Origin: Nitrospirota bacterium
GTDB taxonomy: Bacteria; Nitrospirota; UBA9217
DNA: 64,000 nucleotides
Assembly (NCBI GenBank): GCA_963663225.1
Contig: OY760142.1
Coordinates: 2,752,001 to 2,816,000 of the forward strand
Direction of reading: 5' to 3'
Part shown: one piece after another, positions 9,663 through 18,905 of the stretch
Layout of the letters: each line of letters starts with the position of its first letter
Position numbering within the stretch: the first letter of the stretch is position 1
Position numbers and translations under genes: made by a program
The notes under the pieces: generated by a model
Seen by the model: only the letters and a program-made list of their open reading frames with translations
Database searches by the model: none
Told to the model about the DNA's origin: nothing

Positions 9663-10739
9663 ATGAATAAGCGGCTAGTGGTCATATTCCTTGTTGCTCT
9701 GATGGTCTTGTCAGGGTCTGTTTTTGCCCAGATCAACGGATTAAATGATGCTGTGGAATCCACGAGCTCGGGCAAAATAAACTGGACCACCGGCGAAATT
9801 ATCGCCATAGGCATTGGTGCGCCTCCTGCTGCAACGGTAAATCCTGCCCAGGCACGAGCCATGACAGAGCGCGCTGCATACGTTGTGGCGCTCAGAAACC
9901 TGCTAGAAACGGTAAAAGGTGTCCAGGTTGATTCGGTGTCCGTGGTTGAAAACTATATGGTGCGCAGTGACGTTATAAGAACGCGTGTAGAAGGCATTGT
10001 GAAAGGAGCCCGGGTAGTCAAAAAACAGTATATGTCGGATGGCTCTGTCGAAATTCAGGTTGCCTTGCCGATGAAAGGTGCATTTTTAAATACACTGGTA
10101 CCGGAAACCTTCGGAAGACCCTTTCCAGGACAATTGCCGCCCACTGTTCCAGCACCGCCGAAACCCACTGATGTGAAGCCAGCGCCGGTACCGCCGCAGC
10201 CTGCCAAACCTCCGGTTCCTGCCGTAACGCAGGAAAAACCGGCTGAACCGACAAAGCCAGTTGTTCCTGCAACTCCCGAGAAGAAACCAGAACCACTAAA
10301 GCCGGCGGTCCCGCCCGTTATTGCGGTTCCTGACAAAAAACCGGAGCCTTCACAACCGGTTCCCTCGGCGGAAGACGCTTCGACGATTGCCTTTAAGGGT
10401 GGAACAGCGACCGGTGTGGTGCTTGACGGCAGAGGGCTTGGTCTTCGACCGGCGCTCTTACCGAGAATTCTTGATTCACAAGGACAGGAGATTTATGTCG
10501 GTCAGATTGTCACCCGCACGAACGCGGTTGAACAGGGCGTCGCCGGATATGCAAAAGAGGTGAATGCGGCCGCGAACAACTTCAGAGTAACGGATAATCC
10601 GGCGGTCATTAAAGGCGTACGATCGGCAGGGACTGCCAGAACCGACGTCGTGGTGAGTCAGGCTGACGCACAGATGCTCCGTCAATTAAGCACAAAAGGC
10701 GACTTTCTGCAGTATTGCAGGGTCATTATCGTTTATTAA
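9663..10739 (+). CDS. LPP20/FlgP-like exported protein, paralog of 6033-6929 with long Pro-rich linker
   Basis: Shares NWTTG..GIGAPP..NPAQARAM.ERAA and KYMSDGSVE blocks with 6033-6929; about 85-aa Pro/Lys/Val-rich insert. Confidence 0.7.
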   Translation: MNKRLVVIFLVALMVLSGSVFAQINGLNDAVESTSSGKINWTTGEIIAIGIGAPPAATVNPAQARAMTERAAYVVALRNLLETVKGVQVDSVSVVENYMVRSDVIRTRVEGIVKGARVVKKQYMSDGSVEIQVALPMKGAFLNTLVPETFGRPFPGQLPPTVPAPPKPTDVKPAPVPPQPAKPPVPAVTQEKPAEPTKPVVPATPEKKPEPLKPAVPPVIAVPDKKPEPSQPVPSAEDASTIAFKGGTATGVVLDGRGLGLRPALLPRILDSQGQEIYVGQIVTRTNAVEQGVAGYAKEVNAAANNFRVTDNPAVIKGVRSAGTARTDVVVSQADAQMLRQLSTKGDFLQYCRVIIVY

Positions 10740-10774
10740 TGAACACGGGGTCTAGTCTGGGGAAAACATCGGTC

Positions 10775-11548
10775 ATGAGGTTTTTAGCGTATTCCGTACT
10801 GCTCGCCTTGGTGCTGCTTGTTAGCGGCTGCGTGGCTGCGCAACATCATCGCGCGCCGCTTCATTATGACGCGTCAAATCCGCTTAAAAGAGTTGCAGTC
10901 CTCCCCCTGAGGAACGATACGGCTGACGTAGACGGTCCAAACGTGGTACGAAAAAAAATGATTCAGGCTTTCATAAACAAAGCGTATACTGTGCAGGACA
11001 TGAAAGTGACTGACCAGATACTGCGGGACCGCATGGGTATCACGCTCGGCGGACAGTTGGAAATGACGACAGCAAAAGAGCTCGGAGAAACACTGGAGGT
11101 GGATGGGATTCTGTACGGGATACTCGTGGACTTCACCGAGCTGACCACGGGTGCATATAATGTGAAAAAAGTAAGGGCCGATTTCAAGCTGGTACATGCA
11201 ATTACGGGCGAGACTGTCTGGCAGCAGGGACTTGGTGTGCGAAGCGAAATTATCATGGAAGGCGATGCGGGCGTGGCCGCGGCTGTGGCCGCAAGGTCCG
11301 TGGATGCCCGCGACAAAGACATCCCGTGGATTACTATTCAAACAATCACGACCGGCACTAAAAATTACGGGGAGTCCCTTGCAATCGGTCTCGGGTCGAA
11401 ACTGCTGGCCGAAGCCGTGGGTCTGCATCTTGAACGGGAATCAACTGAACTGGCCAGGCGGGTTACAAGCAATCTTCGGTGGGGACCGGGGCCTGCGTCT
11501 GCACCCACGCCTCTGGTTATGCCACCGCATGAAACTATTCCGAAATGA
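10775..11548 (+). CDS. DUF799/GNA1162-like lipoprotein
   Basis: Start moved to ATG 10775; lipobox VSGC; RVAVLPL.N.T, LG..LEVDGILYG, TGETVW motifs. Confidence 0.6.
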   Translation: MRFLAYSVLLALVLLVSGCVAAQHHRAPLHYDASNPLKRVAVLPLRNDTADVDGPNVVRKKMIQAFINKAYTVQDMKVTDQILRDRMGITLGGQLEMTTAKELGETLEVDGILYGILVDFTELTTGAYNVKKVRADFKLVHAITGETVWQQGLGVRSEIIMEGDAGVAAAVAARSVDARDKDIPWITIQTITTGTKNYGESLAIGLGSKLLAEAVGLHLERESTELARRVTSNLRWGPGPASAPTPLVMPPHETIPK

Positions 11549-11580
11549 TTTTTTCTACGTAAATTTTGAGGAGGGTTCTG

Positions 11581-12549
11581 ATGAAACGAGCAGCATGCCT
11601 TATTTTTTTATGTGTTTCTTTCACCTTTTTTACCGTATTTTCCGCCGGATGTTCACCGAGCACATCAGGAACGGTAAAAGATGATACTACCTTGACGGGA
11701 ACCTCACGGGAGCTGCCTACAACAAGTGATGTAACGCAATATAAAGGCCCTAAACTCAGGGTAGGAGTGGTAAACTTTCAGAACAAAACGCCTTCGCGGG
11801 TTCTCGGAGTCGGCGAGGCCGCGGCAGACATTCTCGGAACAATTCTCCAGAGGACAGGCAGATTCATTGTAATTCCTCAACAGGACATGCAGGCGATCAT
11901 GGCGCAGCAGCAGCTGGGAGCGACGGGAGCGATCAATCCTGAAACCGCGGCAAAAATGGGGCAGATTATGGGGTTGAATGCCATCGTGACCGGTGCTATA
12001 ACCGCTTATTCAGAAGCTGAGGAGGGGACGCAATTCGGCATAGGAGGAAGCAAAAAACAGATTGCGAGAGTTACCGTTGACTACCGTATTGTGGACACCA
12101 CGACAGGAGTACAGTTGCTGGCCGATTCGGGCGCCGGAATTTATGAAAAGAAGGTGACCACGGTCCTCGGTATGGGGAGCAAAGCGAGCTATGACACCGA
12201 TTTGCGTGATGGTGCGCTTCGTGATGCCCTCACAAAGGCCATGGTAAATATGATGAAGCAGTTGGGCAACCGGAAGTGGAGCGGCAGGGTTGCAAAGGTT
12301 TCGGGAACCACGCTGTACATTAATGCCGGACAGAAGTCGGGGATGAATGTCGGAGATAAACTGGACGTGTATCGAGCGGGTGAAGATATTATTGATCCTG
12401 ATACAAAGTTGAAATTAGGGACCACTGAGGACCTTATTGGAAGCGCCGTGGTAATCAGAAATGATATCGGTGATGATCTCTCAATGGCACAGCCCACATC
12501 CGGATCAGGCTTTCAAAAGGGTGATGTCGTAAGACTGAGCACAAGATGA
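11581..12549 (+). CDS. CsgG/HfaB family lipoprotein with FlgT C-terminal-like domain
   Basis: Lipobox SAGC; KLRVGVVNF.NKT, TGRF.V, ETAAKMGQIMG..AIVTGAIT, VDYRIVDTTTG; C-terminal YINAG..SG...GD.L.VY...E.IIDP.T...LG. Confidence 0.75.
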   Translation: MKRAACLIFLCVSFTFFTVFSAGCSPSTSGTVKDDTTLTGTSRELPTTSDVTQYKGPKLRVGVVNFQNKTPSRVLGVGEAAADILGTILQRTGRFIVIPQQDMQAIMAQQQLGATGAINPETAAKMGQIMGLNAIVTGAITAYSEAEEGTQFGIGGSKKQIARVTVDYRIVDTTTGVQLLADSGAGIYEKKVTTVLGMGSKASYDTDLRDGALRDALTKAMVNMMKQLGNRKWSGRVAKVSGTTLYINAGQKSGMNVGDKLDVYRAGEDIIDPDTKLKLGTTEDLIGSAVVIRNDIGDDLSMAQPTSGSGFQKGDVVRLSTR

Positions 12550-12580
12550 TCGTCGAATATCAAACGGAAAGGACATTGTC

Positions 12581-13342
12581 ATGCGAAAATATTTCTATGG
12601 GGTAATACTGATTGCGGCTCTGACGATGTTGTCCGGTTTTTTTGCATGGGGAGCAGAAACCGCCAAAGATGATGCAATTGTGGCTATGGTACAGGGAACA
12701 GCCCGGGTGTTTGCCAAAGACACTTCGGTCGGTCGTACGTTGAAAGTGGGAGATCTGCTCAAGAAAGAAGATACTGTCAAAACTGCCAGAAAAACAAGGC
12801 TTGAAATACGTTTTCCGGACGGAACTCTCATAAGACTCGGCAAAAATTCCACGCTGAGAATGAGGGACGTTTCGTATAACAAGCAGACTGAAGCCAAAAA
12901 TATTAAAGTTAGCCTTTCAACGGGTAGACTTTGGGCAAAAGTGAAAAAGTTTACAACCACGGACTCATCGGTAGTGGTTGAAACTTCAAACGCCGTCGCA
13001 GGCGTGCGGGGCACTGTCTACCGGGTGAATGTGGAGGACGATCAGAGCGCTCTGATCAGGGTTTATGACGGGTCTGTATATGTTGCAAATCCACCGCGGG
13101 ATACATCCGGCCTGACTGCCAAACAAGTCCAAAAACCGACGGAAGTTCCAGGGCCGTATCAGGTGCCGCCGCCGTACCACGAAGTGACCATGGAGGAATG
13201 GACTGTTATCGTCCAGGCCATGCAGCAAGTCACCGTGTCTTCGCAGGGTAAAGCTTCGCAGCCGCAGAGTTTCGACCCGAAAGCTGATATGGACGACTGG
13301 GTGCTGTGGAATCAGCAGCGAGATGCATCGTCAACATTCTGA
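12581..13342 (+). CDS. FecR domain exported protein
   Basis: Signal peptide; D.VKT....RLEIRFPDGT.IRLG.NS, T.NAVAGVRGT.Y.V, VYDGSV.V. Confidence 0.8.
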   Translation: MRKYFYGVILIAALTMLSGFFAWGAETAKDDAIVAMVQGTARVFAKDTSVGRTLKVGDLLKKEDTVKTARKTRLEIRFPDGTLIRLGKNSTLRMRDVSYNKQTEAKNIKVSLSTGRLWAKVKKFTTTDSSVVVETSNAVAGVRGTVYRVNVEDDQSALIRVYDGSVYVANPPRDTSGLTAKQVQKPTEVPGPYQVPPPYHEVTMEEWTVIVQAMQQVTVSSQGKASQPQSFDPKADMDDWVLWNQQRDASSTF

Positions 13343-13366
13343 TTACATCATTGATCCAGATTCCAG

Positions 13367-13397
13367 AAGGCTGTCTCGTTCTTGTGAGACAGCCTTT
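13367..13397 (+). terminator. Intrinsic terminator ending the envelope operon
   Basis: 11-bp stem AAGGCTGTCTC/GAGACAGCCTT. Confidence 0.7.
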
Positions 13398-13417
13398 ACA
13401 TTTTCTGTTGAAATAGC

Positions 13418-13465
13418 TTGACTAGCAGAAAGAACTGGTATATATTTGTTGAAAATGGTTCTCAA
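13418..13465 (+). promoter_or_regulatory. Sigma70 promoter with adjacent Fur/PerR-type box
   Basis: TTGACT-17-TATATT (13418-13446) then near-palindrome TTGAAAATGGTTCTCAA (13449-13465). Confidence 0.75.
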
Positions 13466-13474
13466 TATCAAAAT

Positions 13475-13933
13475 ATGACTAAAAAAGCGTCCGATCAACT
13501 TGCAAAATTTCTCACCGGTCATGGTTTGCGGTCCACAAGCCAGCGAAATGCAATTCTTTCAGCTTTTGTCGATGCGAAAAGGCACATGAGTGCCGAAGAA
13601 CTTTATGCCCAGGTCAAAAAAATGCATCCGGGCATAGGATACGCTACAGTATACCGTACCCTGAAGCTATTGTCGGAAGCAGGCCTTGCCGAGGAGCGAA
13701 GATTCGATGACGGCTTTACCCGGTTTGAATATAAATCCGCCGACAATCACCACGATCACCTTATCTGTACACGATGCGGCGCAATTTTTGAGTTCGAAAA
13801 TGAACGCATTGAAATTCTCCAGCAGGATGTAGCTCGCGAAAAAGACTTTCAAGTCCACAGCCATAAACTGGAATTATACGGCTTATGTTCGGAATGCAGA
13901 AACCGGATTTCACGAGCACGAAAGTCGAAATAA
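13475..13933 (+). CDS. fur: Ferric uptake regulator
   Basis: T.QR.AIL, H.SAEELY, GYATVYRTLKLL, HHDHLIC..CG...EF, LYGLC..C; start moved to ATG 13475. Confidence 0.9.
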   Translation: MTKKASDQLAKFLTGHGLRSTSQRNAILSAFVDAKRHMSAEELYAQVKKMHPGIGYATVYRTLKLLSEAGLAEERRFDDGFTRFEYKSADNHHDHLICTRCGAIFEFENERIEILQQDVAREKDFQVHSHKLELYGLCSECRNRISRARKSK

Positions 13934-13968
13934 AGCTGCTGGATTCTTCTTAAACGAGGTTTTAGAGT

Positions 13969-15954
13969 ATGCATGATCATAGTATGGACAACAAGGACCG
14001 TCGACAAGATTCCAATCTGAATAAAATTCTTTTGATCGGCAATCCCAATGTCGGGAAAAGTGCGCTCTTCGGTTTGTTGACCGGAAAGTATGTCACGGTG
14101 TCGAACTATCCGGGGACGACCGTTGAAGTAACATATGGAAACGCGGTTTTGAATAAAACAAGGACCCTGGTGATCGATACCCCCGGTGTGAACAGTCTTG
14201 TCCCAATGTCGGAAGATGAAAAAGTGACCCGGGACATGCTGCTTTCTGAACGGGTCAATGTCGTTGTCCAGGTCGCCGACACCAAAAATCTTCGCCGCGG
14301 GCTGCTCATCACGCTTCAACTTGCCGAGATGGGGGTGCCGTTTCTCCTTGACCTCAACATGGATGATGAGGCAAAAAGTCAGGGTATTATTGTCGATCAG
14401 GATCTGCTCTCGAAAATTCTCGGCATTGAAGTCATTAAAACGGTCGCAATCAGAAAAAGCGGTATCGATAAGCTTCTCAAAGGTATTCAACAGCCCCGCG
14501 TGTCTTCTTTGGAGGCTCGGTATGATCCTGCCATCGAAACTGCGGCAAATGATATTGCCGCTTTGTTGCCGGAGGCGCCGGTCTCGCGCCGGTCTCTTGC
14601 GTTTATGATTTTGGCAGGTGATGAAAGCCTCAAAAACTGGCTCCATACGCACGTCCAGGAACATATCATCAAAAAAATCGAACAGTTTCGTCAGGATGTG
14701 CAATCGCAATTCAATAATTCGCTTGGTTTTTTGATTAACAATGCGCGTCTAAAACGGGCAGATGAGATTATTGCTCAGGTCATGACCCGCCATGGTGACG
14801 GAGGTCGGTCGACGATTGCTTCTCGCCTCGGTAGCTGGTCCATGCATCCAATCTACGGTTTGCCGATTCTTGGGATCGTCCTGTATCTTGTATATCAATT
14901 TGTGGGAGTGCTGGGGGCGGGGATAGCCGTTAATTTTCTCGAAAAGACGGTTTTTGGAGATTACCTGAACCCCTGGAGCGCAAAGCTCGTGGACCTGATT
15001 TTTCCGCTTCCTTTCTTGCATGATCTCCTGGTTGGCGATTATGGGCTGATCACCATGGCTCTTACGTATGCCATCGCAATCGTGTTGCCGATTGTGGGTT
15101 TTTTCTTTATTGCGTTCGGCATTCTAGAAGATTCCGGGTATTTGCCGAGGCTCGCCGTTATGGTGAACAAAGTTTTTAAAATCATGGGATTAAACGGAAA
15201 AGCTGTGCTCCCGATGATCCTCGGCCTCGGATGCGATACGATGGCCACGCTGACCACGCGTATCCTCGAAACAAATAAAGAACGCATTCTGGTGACGCTT
15301 CTTCTTGCGCTCGGCGTACCCTGCTCAGCACAACTCGGCGTGGTTCTGGGGATGATATCCGGAATATCAGGATTTGCAACCGCCGTTTGGCTTGGCAGCA
15401 TAGTTCTCACCATGCTTCTGGTGGGATATGCCGCATCCAAAATTGTTCCTGGAGAGCCGTCGGATTTTATTCTGGAGTTGCCTCCTATTCGGAGACCGCA
15501 ATTTATGAATATTGTGGTAAAAACGCTTGCGCGGGTGGAGTGGTATCTGAAAGAGGCAGTGCCGTTGTTTGTTCTCGGAACCTTGATTCTGTTTGTAAGC
15601 CATAAAATCGGCGCGCTTGATTATATTCAAAAGCTGACCGATCCGCTTGTTGTAGGACTGCTGGGGCTCCCGAGCAAGGCCGCTGAAGCTTTTGTGATCG
15701 GTTTTCTGAGAAGAGATTATGGAGCAGCGGGTCTCTTCGTAATGGCGCGACAAGGTTTATTGGACCAGATTCAGATTGTGGTGAGTCTTGTGGTCATTAC
15801 TCTCTTTGTGCCATGTATCGCCAATTTTTTCATGATGGTGAAAGAGCGCGGATTGAAGATAGCGATGTATATGCTCCTATTCATTCTTCCGTTTGCATTT
15901 GCTGCCGGAGCCCTGCTGAACTGGACCCTCAGGACATTTAAGGTGACACTATAG
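13969..15954 (+). CDS. feoB: Ferrous iron transporter B
   Basis: GNPNVGKS, SNYPGTTVE, DTPG, LEDSGYLPR, FILELPP, FVPCIA. Confidence 0.95.
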   Translation: MHDHSMDNKDRRQDSNLNKILLIGNPNVGKSALFGLLTGKYVTVSNYPGTTVEVTYGNAVLNKTRTLVIDTPGVNSLVPMSEDEKVTRDMLLSERVNVVVQVADTKNLRRGLLITLQLAEMGVPFLLDLNMDDEAKSQGIIVDQDLLSKILGIEVIKTVAIRKSGIDKLLKGIQQPRVSSLEARYDPAIETAANDIAALLPEAPVSRRSLAFMILAGDESLKNWLHTHVQEHIIKKIEQFRQDVQSQFNNSLGFLINNARLKRADEIIAQVMTRHGDGGRSTIASRLGSWSMHPIYGLPILGIVLYLVYQFVGVLGAGIAVNFLEKTVFGDYLNPWSAKLVDLIFPLPFLHDLLVGDYGLITMALTYAIAIVLPIVGFFFIAFGILEDSGYLPRLAVMVNKVFKIMGLNGKAVLPMILGLGCDTMATLTTRILETNKERILVTLLLALGVPCSAQLGVVLGMISGISGFATAVWLGSIVLTMLLVGYAASKIVPGEPSDFILELPPIRRPQFMNIVVKTLARVEWYLKEAVPLFVLGTLILFVSHKIGALDYIQKLTDPLVVGLLGLPSKAAEAFVIGFLRRDYGAAGLFVMARQGLLDQIQIVVSLVVITLFVPCIANFFMMVKERGLKIAMYMLLFILPFAFAAGALLNWTLRTFKVTL

Positions 15955-16002
15955 AAAAACAAAACAGTTATTTTCAGCATTTCACGTTTAAAAGGAGATC
16001 GT

Positions 16003-16710
16003 ATGCAGGAAAATCAGGGACAACGGGGTGGCGAAGGCAAAACAGGACATCCTGCTCTTTGCGTGCTGCCTGAGATAGAAAAAGAAGACGAGCTTTTAGA
16101 AACCATTTGGGTGCTCAAGGAAGATGGAAAACTTGGTTTTCAGCAAGTACTTCATCGCTGCACCATTCCTGATTGCGATGCCGTTTTGAAAAGACTGGCG
16201 AAACACGGATGGATTGAAGTCAAAAAAGAAACAATCGGTTTTCTTCCGAAAGGTGAAGAACGTGCCCGGGAACTGGTCCGCAGGCACCGTCTTTCTTTGC
16301 GGCTGTTCTACGATCTTTTTGCGCTAGACGGCGCGGAAGCGGAAGCGTGCAAGTTCGAACATATTCTTTCACCTGAAGTAACAGATAGCGTGTGTACGCT
16401 CCTGGGGCATCCTCCTAACTCGCCGGATGGAAAGCCCATACCGCGCGGTCAATGCTGCGCTATGTTTAAGCGGGAAGTAAAGCCTCTGGTGATACCGCTT
16501 ACAGATCTCATGCCGGGTGAAAATGCAAAAATAGTGTTTATTACACCCGAATCTCATTCACGTCTCGACAGGCTCTCCGCCATGGGAGTTGTTCCCGGCA
16601 CAGTTGTCAAGCTCCACCAGAAAAGCCCTTCTTACGTGATCCAAATAAGCGAGACCATGATCGCAGTGGATAAAGATATTACCAAAGAGATTTTTGTCAA
16701 AAAAATTTAA
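16003..16710 (+). CDS. DtxR/MntR-family metal-dependent regulator fused to FeoA domain
   Basis: VRRHRLS, EACKFEH, LGHP..SPDGKPIP; C-terminal RL.AMGVVPG..V.L.Q..P FeoA domain. Confidence 0.85.
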   Translation: MQENQGQRGGEGKTGHPALCVLPEIEKEDELLETIWVLKEDGKLGFQQVLHRCTIPDCDAVLKRLAKHGWIEVKKETIGFLPKGEERARELVRRHRLSLRLFYDLFALDGAEAEACKFEHILSPEVTDSVCTLLGHPPNSPDGKPIPRGQCCAMFKREVKPLVIPLTDLMPGENAKIVFITPESHSRLDRLSAMGVVPGTVVKLHQKSPSYVIQISETMIAVDKDITKEIFVKKI

Positions 16711-16765
16711 TGATTCATCATATGTGTTGCTTGACAGGTGTTCTTTTGTGGTTTATTATTGATCT

Positions 16766-17296
16766 ATGAATAAAATAATTGATGGATTTTCACTTCAGGA
16801 CCTCATTCTTGTCATCGGCATGCAGTCGCGATCAGGTGAGCTTCTTTTTGAATCCGACAACAACATCGGCACCATGCTTTTTTATAAAGGCAATATCCTG
16901 CATGCTTCATCTCCCTATTCACGTGCAATTGGCGATCTTCTTGTGGAAGCAGGTGCAATCACGGACAACGACCTGATTGAAATACTGATGCTTCAGAAAA
17001 AAAAGCACAGTGCGCCGCTTGGAAGTATGCTCATCAAAAGCCGGAATATTTCATACGAAACTATCGAAAAGATGGTGTGCGAACAGATAAAGCAGGCAGT
17101 GGCTGAATTTCAACACTGGAAAAACTTGAGCTTCAGTTTTCTTGATAGGGATATAAAGCCTTTTGACAGCATTCATCTGCCGATTCTTACTTTTATCCGG
17201 TCGGAAACCATAAATGCCGCGGTGCACTTTTTGACAAACAATGCCCATTTTCGGAATTATACGCCTTCCCAAACTGACACGTTTCCCATACAGTAA
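16766..17296 (+). CDS. DUF4388 domain protein with MshEN-like repeat
   Basis: FSLQDLI......RSGEL, G.I.HA, IGDLLVEAGAIT..DL...L..Q, PLG..L, F.W....F.F. Confidence 0.65.
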   Translation: MNKIIDGFSLQDLILVIGMQSRSGELLFESDNNIGTMLFYKGNILHASSPYSRAIGDLLVEAGAITDNDLIEILMLQKKKHSAPLGSMLIKSRNISYETIEKMVCEQIKQAVAEFQHWKNLSFSFLDRDIKPFDSIHLPILTFIRSETINAAVHFLTNNAHFRNYTPSQTDTFPIQ

Positions 17297-17300
17297 CCGA

Positions 17301-17864
17301 TTATTCGCAGATTTGGTCTCTTCTGCAAGCAGGGGAGTGAAGTGTGGATCTCAACAAATCCCGTGCACTCCCAAACAGCGCCCGGTATTGGTCAGTTGCA
17401 TAGTCCGGGTAGGTGTAATCGCAAGCCGTATATTGATGATTCCTGATGTTGTATTTAAGGGTGACTTCGGCATATATATTTAAACCGATATAGATGCGAT
17501 GCGAGTAGTCTTTGGTCGTCGCAAGCACGACTTTTGCTTCCGTAACATATCCCGGATCCAGATTAATTCTCCTCCGCAGTCCGTTATCTGCAGAAATGGA
17601 AAATTTTTTTTCAATCATAATTGCAAAATTTTTTATCTTCGGCAGTTCCGCCGGATCAATTAATTCATTAAAAAAAATGAATCTTCTGACAATACCATCT
17701 CCCAGTTCATTCCGATAGTAATTCGTCATGTTCCATGGCAACGGCAGGCTTTCATAATCGAGCGGGCCGTATTCTTTAGAAAAGATATCAGTACATAATT
17801 GGAACAGTTCCGGGGCTGAGGAAAGCATGCCGATAAACAACTTTACGGGCAGTGGTTTTTTCAT
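17301..17864 (-). CDS. DUF4416 family protein
   Basis: T.YY..E.G, RRINLDPGY....VVLATTKDYSHRIY...IYAEVTL, TYPDY. Confidence 0.8.
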   Translation of the reverse strand: MKKPLPVKLFIGMLSSAPELFQLCTDIFSKEYGPLDYESLPLPWNMTNYYRNELGDGIVRRFIFFNELIDPAELPKIKNFAIMIEKKFSISADNGLRRRINLDPGYVTEAKVVLATTKDYSHRIYIGLNIYAEVTLKYNIRNHQYTACDYTYPDYATDQYRALFGSARDLLRSTLHSPACRRDQICE

Positions 17865-17885
17865 ATTATCACAGAGTTTTTTCTG

Positions 17886-18797
17886 CTATTGTATGAGATA
17901 TTTGGACAGTCCGGCCGGACCGTTAAGCGGTAGCTCGAGAATTATTTCAGCTTTTCCATTTTCCAGCTCGCGCTCGCTGACTACCGTATAGCCTTTGATA
18001 AAACCCGTTATTCTGGAAGCGAAGTTTTTATCTGCCATGGCAGTTTTAACATTTGTATCGGCATCTATCCGGATCTGCTCGATGATTCTGAGCAGGTTTC
18101 TCTGCGCGTCGGCAAGAGCTGCGCGCCGTGCCATGGCTTTCCGTATGCTCTCGTTTGCCGTTTGCTCCGGTGGAATGCCGAAACCGGTTGCACGGATTTT
18201 GCCCGACGCCCAGTCAATGCCATCTATAGGGCTGATAGGGACAAGGACCGCATTTTGTTCTAATTTCTGGTTTTCCGTGATTACCACTTGTGCAGTGTCA
18301 TCTGCATAGCCCGGTGCGTTCGCCTGCAGAACATATGCTCCCGCAGGCAGCTCCTTAAATTCATATTTCCCCTCAGTGTCGACTTTTGCTGCAGCGCGTT
18401 CCTTTCCTTCATAGAGCAATTTGATTTCTGTATTTGGGCGCGGAGGTATGACTTTACCGGATAAGATAGCTTTGCCGCTGAATGGTGTAAGTTCAATAGG
18501 GTGCAACTGCGACGTCTCACCAGGCTTAACGATGATATTTGCAAAGGTAAGAGGATAAGACGAGTTTGAAGAAGATATACTGATGGTGTAAGTTCCGGCG
18601 GCGAGGGGAAGCTTGAATTTTCCATTCAACTCATCTGCTGCAACAGCATAAATTATTTTACCATCCTGCATTGCTGCAACCTTGATTGACTTTCCAGGGG
18701 GAACGATTGTTCCTTCAATAGATCCTTGCTGGCTCGTTTGACAGGAACACAAAAAAACAAGCAGAAGCACCTTGAAAAAATAAGGAAGTCGCACCAT
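17886..18797 (-). CDS. Lipoprotein with carboxypeptidase regulatory-like domains and C-terminal LPP20-like domain
   Basis: Lipobox LCSC; G.Y.F..LPAG.Y.L...APGY; IDWASG.I.ATGFG...MARRAALADAQRNLL. Confidence 0.65.
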   Translation of the reverse strand: MVRLPYFFKVLLLVFLCSCQTSQQGSIEGTIVPPGKSIKVAAMQDGKIIYAVAADELNGKFKLPLAAGTYTISISSSNSSYPLTFANIIVKPGETSQLHPIELTPFSGKAILSGKVIPPRPNTEIKLLYEGKERAAAKVDTEGKYEFKELPAGAYVLQANAPGYADDTAQVVITENQKLEQNAVLVPISPIDGIDWASGKIRATGFGIPPEQTANESIRKAMARRAALADAQRNLLRIIEQIRIDADTNVKTAMADKNFASRITGFIKGYTVVSERELENGKAEIILELPLNGPAGLSKYLIQ

Positions 18798-18905
18798 AAT
18801 TACCTCCGAAAAAATTATATCATAAAAAGTATGGCATTATCCAGAGGAGAACCGCTTCATTTCACGACCCCCTTGACAAAGACAACGGGTTTGCTATAGT
18901 AAGGC

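Noticed and set aside
13418-13474. 19-aa N-terminal extension of Fur from a TTG start
   Set aside because: The TTG is the -35 box and the extension spans the promoter and Fur box
13849-14709. 286-aa minus-strand ORF
   Set aside because: Antisense to feoB; no family signal
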